A stretch of 63,546 nucleotides of DNA, counting the filler, from Octopus bimaculoides (taxonomy: Eukaryota): the NCBI RefSeq assembly GCF_001194135.2. It is 4 parts of 3 records of this genome, joined end to end, with 100 filler letters (N's around TTAATTAATTAA, not from the genome) between each part and the next. Parts side by side here need not be neighbours in the genome. Positions count along the whole stretch, not along the records: positions 53,102 to 60,026 come from NC_069002.1; positions 60,127 to 63,546 come from NC_068990.1; 2 more parts are not named here. One strand, 5' to 3'. The position numbers and the translations under genes were made by a program. Below the pieces are notes generated by a model that saw only the letters and a program-made list of their open reading frames with translations, ran no database searches and was not told the origin of the DNA. The stretch's first letter is position 1. Every line of letters starts with the position of its first letter. Shown piece after piece: positions 58,604 to 63,546 of this stretch.

Positions 58604-59169
58604 ATGTGGATGTGTGTGTGTATATATATGCATATATCTAATACACTCATGTATATGGCTATACATATTAACATACATGCATATAGATACTCTCTCTTTC
58701 TTACACACGTGTACATACAAACACACACACGCACATAATTATATGTGTACACGATATCAGTATCTGCCTAACACATGATAGCTTATCCTTGTACAACAAA
58801 ACAACAACAACAACAACAACCAGAATCGTCAAAGACAAGAACTATTCCATAATAATCATAATAATGGCAAACAAGTGCAATTCAAAAAATAATGGTTACA
58901 TATTTGCCTCATTCTTGCATTTTCTATGTTCCAGAAAATACCTAAAACCAATTATATTTCCGACTAAACTGCAAAAATGTGTAAATTTTTTTCTTATTTA
59001 TTTATTTAATATTTGCTTTTTTTTATTATTGTGATAATAGTTCAATGCTATAATTATGCGTGAATGCACAGACAAACAGCCAGAGCAAATGCATATACAT
59101 ACATACATACATATGTATATGTATATATATGTATACATATATGTATACTTACATAAAAACACACAAGCA

Positions 59170-59268
<99 letters not shown>

Positions 59269-59483
59269 NNNNNNNNNNNNNNNNNNNNNNNNNNNATATA
59301 TATGTATGTATATATATGGGCATAGAATTACGTTCATATATATCATACGTATGATTAATGTGTATACATATGGGTATTTATATCTATACATATTTATACA
59401 TGTATGGAAATGAATCACAGACATACTACATATATAGATGTATGGACATGCACATACACGTGTACACACACACACACACACAC

Positions 59484-59522
<39 letters not shown>

Positions 59523-60126
59523 TGAATACTGAAAAAATATATCATATTTTCTTTGAAATCAGTGGAGATAGAATAGAAGGTACGAGGCGTGAAGAGAAAG
59601 GGAGAGTGAGAGAGAAAGGGGAGAGGGAGAGAGGCAGAGAGAGAGAGAGATAGAGAAAGAGTGCTTGAAATGGACTCAGACAGGGGCAGAAAGAGAGAAA
59701 GGGACAGAGAGATAAACTGAAGAAAAAGAGAAGACATATATTCTAACTAACGGGGAGGACGTAAAGTAAAAAAAATTTGAGATAAAAAAAATAATAGTGA
59801 TGATAATAATAATAATAATAATAATAATTGTGACAAAACTTAACTGAAATGAAGATATAATAAAGAAAAGCGGGATAAGAAAAAAATGACAAAGGCAAAA
59901 ACAGGGAGATATTGCCATAGTAAACAAGAAAGGCAGAAAAGACACAAACGGTGATATTAACATGAAGAACAGTAAGAATAATATTTAGACAGTCGCCAGC
60001 AACAATGATAAGAGAGGAAGATAGGCNNNNNNNNNNNNNNNNNNNNNNNNNNNNNNNNNNNNNNNNNNNNTTAATTAATTAANNNNNNNNNNNNNNNNNN
60101 NNNNNNNNNNNNNNNNNNNNNNNNNN

Positions 60127-60157
<31 letters not shown>

Positions 60158-60676
60158 CAAGCACTCCAGAGGTCAATAACAAGAAAGATAGACGGTATGA
60201 GAAACAGTGACTATTGGGGTCGACTAAAAGACTCAATTTCTACCCTCTCCAACGCATGCGGGACTGCTATATCATTTGTGTGATGTGGAAAATATTCCAT
60301 CATTATTGCACAAATGATGTTGGCATTAGTTTAAAAATCCATCTAAGACTTAGCCCCCATGTTATCCGCATACTACAGTAATCGAACTCAGGACGCATAA
60401 CAACATCAGGTCACAAGTACTTTACCTCAACCGGTCCAGCTCTCTTTAATAGCACACCAAAATACGTGAAAACGGAAACAGATCCCATAAAATTCAAAAG
60501 TTCACTGGACAAATTTCTTCATAAAATCTCGGACCAACCACTTACACCCGGATATGTCTTAAACGATAATAACTCTTTGCTAGATTGGGCCATGGTGTAT
60601 CATATATGACTAAAGGGTGGTGCTATTAAGTTAGGCATGGCCTTGGGCTATACTGGCGGAAACCTATCAAAGTTAT
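60158..60676 (+). pseudogene. CR1/L2-like LINE 3' end
   Basis: QALQRSITRKIDGMRNSDYWGRL.RLNFYPLQRMRDCYII..MWKI...GPALFNSTPKYV...FKSSLDKFLHKISDQP..PGY...NNSLLDW, then a short UTR. Confidence 0.85.
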
Positions 60677-60700
60677 AGAATGCATATATGATATATACAT

Positions 60701-60782
<82 letters not shown>

Positions 60783-61399
60783 AATGTACTATATATATAG
60801 TGTTATGTAAATATAATTATGTATATGTATATGTTCTCTTTTATCTTTAATCATTTTATGTCTTCTTGTAAGAGAGGAGCTGAATTCTAGCAAGACACAA
60901 GGCACTCCAGTTGTACAAAATCAAAGTTACAATTTGAATTTGAGAATTATCTTGCATATTTTTACAATTCCGCTTACTGCGTTTATTTTACATATGTTTT
61001 TTTATGCTGGTATGTAAATTTATGTTTGTAGGTAGGTATGTATTTATATGTGTATGTGTAGATACATATGTGTTTGTGATTGTGTTATTGTTGCCACAAA
61101 GCAAAAAACACATTTATATTTAAGAACGAGAAAATACAGCTAAGTGTTTCAATTTTAACTTTACAATTAGAACTATCGTATATATTTTTAACCCCCATCG
61201 ATGCAGCTCAAGACGTTTTCCCCGGAAACACTTCCCGCTAATCGATGGCAATAATATTATTTATAACTAGACAAAAATTTGAAGAAAACATAACTAGTAA
61301 TAATAATAACAACGATAATAACGGTTTCAAATTTTGGCGCTTATTTCGAGACAAATAAGTCGATTAGATCTACGAGAGTACATCCACCTTGTCTGATGT

Positions 61400-61760
61400 A
61401 CTCTCCTTCGTTCGGTTTCAAAGTGCTATGCTCTAGCATCAGAAACTGACCTCCATGCCTTACAATTAATATCAAGGGGCTCCAAACAACTGGAGGTAAC
61501 ACCGTGTAAAATGAAAGACCGCTTGAGATGATCGTGAAAACCAAGTTTTAGTCGTCCATAATGCTACTTCTAGTCCCAATCTCACTGAAGAAGACTATCG
61601 TTGGTAGCCGGTTATCTGGCACGCGACTCACATGGCCACCCCAGCTAAGAACAGCAAAATGGCTCCAAGGCATTTGTAGTATAAAGAAAAATTTCATTTG
61701 ATAAAAGATAAGGGGATTTGTAAAAGAAACTTCAGACTGCAAAATTAATGACACGGGGAA
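61400..61760 (-). pseudogene. RTE-clade LINE RT C-terminal relic (second RTE lineage)
   Basis: LSWGGHVSRVPDNRLPTIVFFSEIG...FHDHLKRSF...AWRSV...HFETERR. Confidence 0.8.
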
Positions 61761-62039
61761 ATATTTGTTGCTGAATCTGGTAAAATGTAATTTGATTTTC
61801 TTGTTCATACGTCGTCAGATGCGAAAAGTGAACGCTCCTGAAATTCTATAGGACGTCCGTGTCTAGCTCAGAGGGGACGAAAACTCACGTTCCATGCGTT
61901 ACTGAATTAGGTTTAATAGTAAGGCCTGTAGAAATTACTGCCTCGAATCCTAGGTCTCTTAGGGCCGAGTACCCGTTTTCTATATATAAGTGGTCGAGAT
62001 AAAAACACTTCCTTCTTTACAGAAACTCAACCCGTCACA

Positions 62040-62150
62040 GAGTTTCTCGTTTATACCTGAAAGATTTTGCTCAGAGACTCACCGCTCTAGGATTCGAAAC
62101 CACGATGTTATGATCGTGAGTGCAACATTCAAACGACTAGGCCACATACC
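62040..62150 (-). mobile_element. SINE type B head fragment
   Basis: Reverse complement GTATGTGGCCTAGTCGTTTGAATGTTGCACTCACGATCATAACATCGTGGTTTCGAATCC. Confidence 0.6.
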
Positions 62151-63133
62151 TTCATCTGAGATGAGGAGAGAGCAGTTAAATAGTTTGAGTTCTTTGCAAG
62201 GAATAATGGTCAGAATGTATTCAACCCAGTTCAGTCTTGAGTTTTGTTGTTTATTGCGGTGTTGGTAGTGACGGCCGCGACAACGGAGGATGTGGTGGGG
62301 TGGAGTGGCGGTGGCGGTTGTGGTGGTGATGTTGGTGGTTTTCGTGGTGGTATTGGAGGTGGTGGTGATGGTTTTGGATTAAGTCTACATCCTGAAAACT
62401 CGTTCAGTCCTGCCATCGAGCTACCTTACCGTTCCCGTCAATAATTTCTTCGATAAGATTTCTATCCATCAATCGGAAATACGGTAGAAGACAAGACAGT
62501 CCGGCATCAAAAAGTCACGCAGATTGATTAAATTTGTCAATACAATCATAGTGGCATACAAAACAGACGCCATGATTTAATTCGGCCATGTCTGCAGCTG
62601 CAAAATATGCAAACAGTTTATTTCATTCCCCGATAAACAAGAAAATGAGCCCAGATGTCGATAAAAGAACGATTTAAAATTTCAAGGATGAAAACAGCAA
62701 TGACAAGCTGTATGAGTGGAATACCTGTTGTCACAAGTGATTAAAGCAGCTGGAACTAAAGATCACCAAAGAATACAACAAACAATCGACAGCAAACAGT
62801 GGAACAACAATAGCAACAAATTTAAAAGTAACAAGCGTGAAACTAAGAGCAATAGCTGCACCTGCAACAACGGGAACGCTCGAATATTCATCCCGAGCAA
62901 TAATTTAACTTAGAGGTTTAGTAATATGAATGCAGGTGGGGAGTTTTATACTTTGAATTACCCATTAGTTATGGGAGAGATCGTAAAGGAGAAATAAATT
63001 CGTAGTAACGACTGCGTGATACTTCAATCTTTTGCAAAAAAACATAAAAGAGGCCACTCACATAAAACAAACATACGCATATCAAACAGACAGATAAACA
63101 TGGAGATTATACATAACACCAGGACACCAGGAC

Positions 63134-63178
<45 letters not shown>

Positions 63179-63197
63179 TGTGTGTGTATACGTTTGT

Positions 63198-63490
63198 GTG
63201 AAGGCGCGTGACCTAGTGGTTAGAGTGTCTCCCTCGATTGTCACTACGTGATTTCGATTCCCGGATCGGGCGACGTGTTGTCTACTTGAACAAGACACTT
63301 ACTTCATTTCACGTTGGTTCTGTCAACTCAGCTGTAAATGGATCACTTTGCAATGAATTGTCTTCGGATTAGAGGAAGATGTTAGCCACCTGTGTAATGA
63401 GTGATGTGGCATCAGTAGAAGGCTAAAGCAATGCGCAGCGCAGTGTTATCAGCGACGTATTACAACATCTGATACAATGGTCGATATCAT
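63198..63490 (+). mobile_element. SINE type B (tail variant 3)
   Basis: GGCGCGTGACCTAGTGGTTAGAGTG...TTCGATTCCCGGATCGGGCGACGTGTTG...AACAAGACACTT...TTTCACGTTG, then a tail unlike variants 1 and 2. Confidence 0.75.
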
Positions 63491-63546
63491 CATATATGAC
63501 GTTAGTACGGACGCGTAAATGTATATATATATATATATATATATAT

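Noticed and set aside
62244-62444. Secreted glycine-rich peptide ORF (MLFIAVLVV...GGGG)
   Set aside because: Built on degenerate (GTT)/(GGT)n repeats with a TTG start and no supporting gene structure; chance is more likely.

Overview
AT-rich eukaryotic genomic DNA, dense in microsatellites and with many N gaps. The repeat families look like those of a coleoid cephalopod, probably Octopus (recognised from memory, not from a search). No intact protein-coding gene, tRNA/rRNA gene or CRISPR array can be supported; most listed ORFs are translated microsatellites or N runs. The window is a transposon graveyard: three tRNA-derived SINE types, SINE-like elements with an RTE-LINE tail, and fragments of RTE, CR1/L2-like and R4/Dong-like (restriction-like endonuclease) LINEs. 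It also holds Penelope-like elements (PLEs), three mariner derivatives, Tc1-, piggyBac- and hAT-like ends or MITEs, and a decayed Ty3/gypsy relic. Highlights: (1) a PLE GIY-YIG fragment flanked by ~250-bp inverted pseudo-LTRs, each carrying a minimal hammerhead-ribozyme motif (42.65-43.38 kb), plus two more hammerhead-like motifs at 56.1 and 57.6 kb; (2) a scrambled Dong-like LINE and a three-copy non-coding family in an (AAT)n-rich zone (40.5-47.6 kb) with a consistent strand rule; (3) fold-back and internally inverted mariners; (4) a sharp change in CpG content and repeat composition near 30 kb. The CpG-poor first 30 kb may be a methylated gene body, and only low-confidence candidate exons were found there. 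Repeat boundaries are approximate (about +/-10-20 bp) unless a terminal repeat or target duplication fixes them.
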